64,000 nt of DNA. Source: Hydrolagus colliei (lineage: Eukaryota). Under the pieces are notes generated by a model. The model saw only the letters and a program-made list of their open reading frames with translations, had not been told where the DNA came from and did no database searches. The stretch lies in NCBI GenBank assembly GCA_035084275.1, contig CM068750.1:7068001-7132000 (forward strand), given 5' to 3'. A program made the position numbers and the translations under genes. Of the stretch, positions 63,993 to 64,000 are shown piece after piece. Position 1 is the stretch's first letter. The number at the start of each line of letters is the position of its first letter.

Positions 63993-64000
63993 AATAGATT

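Noticed and set aside
1-64000. CRISPR array, operon or prokaryotic system
   Set aside because: This is vertebrate DNA. The repeats are dispersed SINE/LINE copies, not regularly spaced, and there are no gene-dense ORFs.

Overview
AT-rich, CpG-depleted, repeat-rich vertebrate DNA, intergenic or deep-intronic. The repeat set (CR1, L2 and Tx1 LINE remnants, Deu-domain and other tRNA-derived SINEs, a Penelope-type palindrome) points to a cartilaginous fish, possibly a holocephalan; this is from recalled repeat sequences, not a search. I recognise no host protein-coding exon, and the only clearly recognisable proteins are retrotransposon ORF2 fragments: two long 5'-truncated CR1 copies (52.4-54.2 kb decayed; 61.6-63.3 kb with an uninterrupted RT frame) and an L2 3' end nested in a Tx1 remnant (27.2-28.5 kb). 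Non-repeat signals worth checking: a compact promoter-like cassette at ~36.4-36.6 kb (2x CCAAT, CRE cluster, E2F/CDE-CHR) followed by non-coding exons and a CpG-retaining unique region, suggesting a germline lncRNA or piRNA-precursor-like unit; a Penelope-derived palindrome carrying hammerhead cores; several hairpins; candidate minus-strand non-coding exons, including a recursive-splice-like site; and enhancer-like blocks. Repeat boundaries are approximate. I found no firm evidence of a new biological system; the leads are hypotheses.
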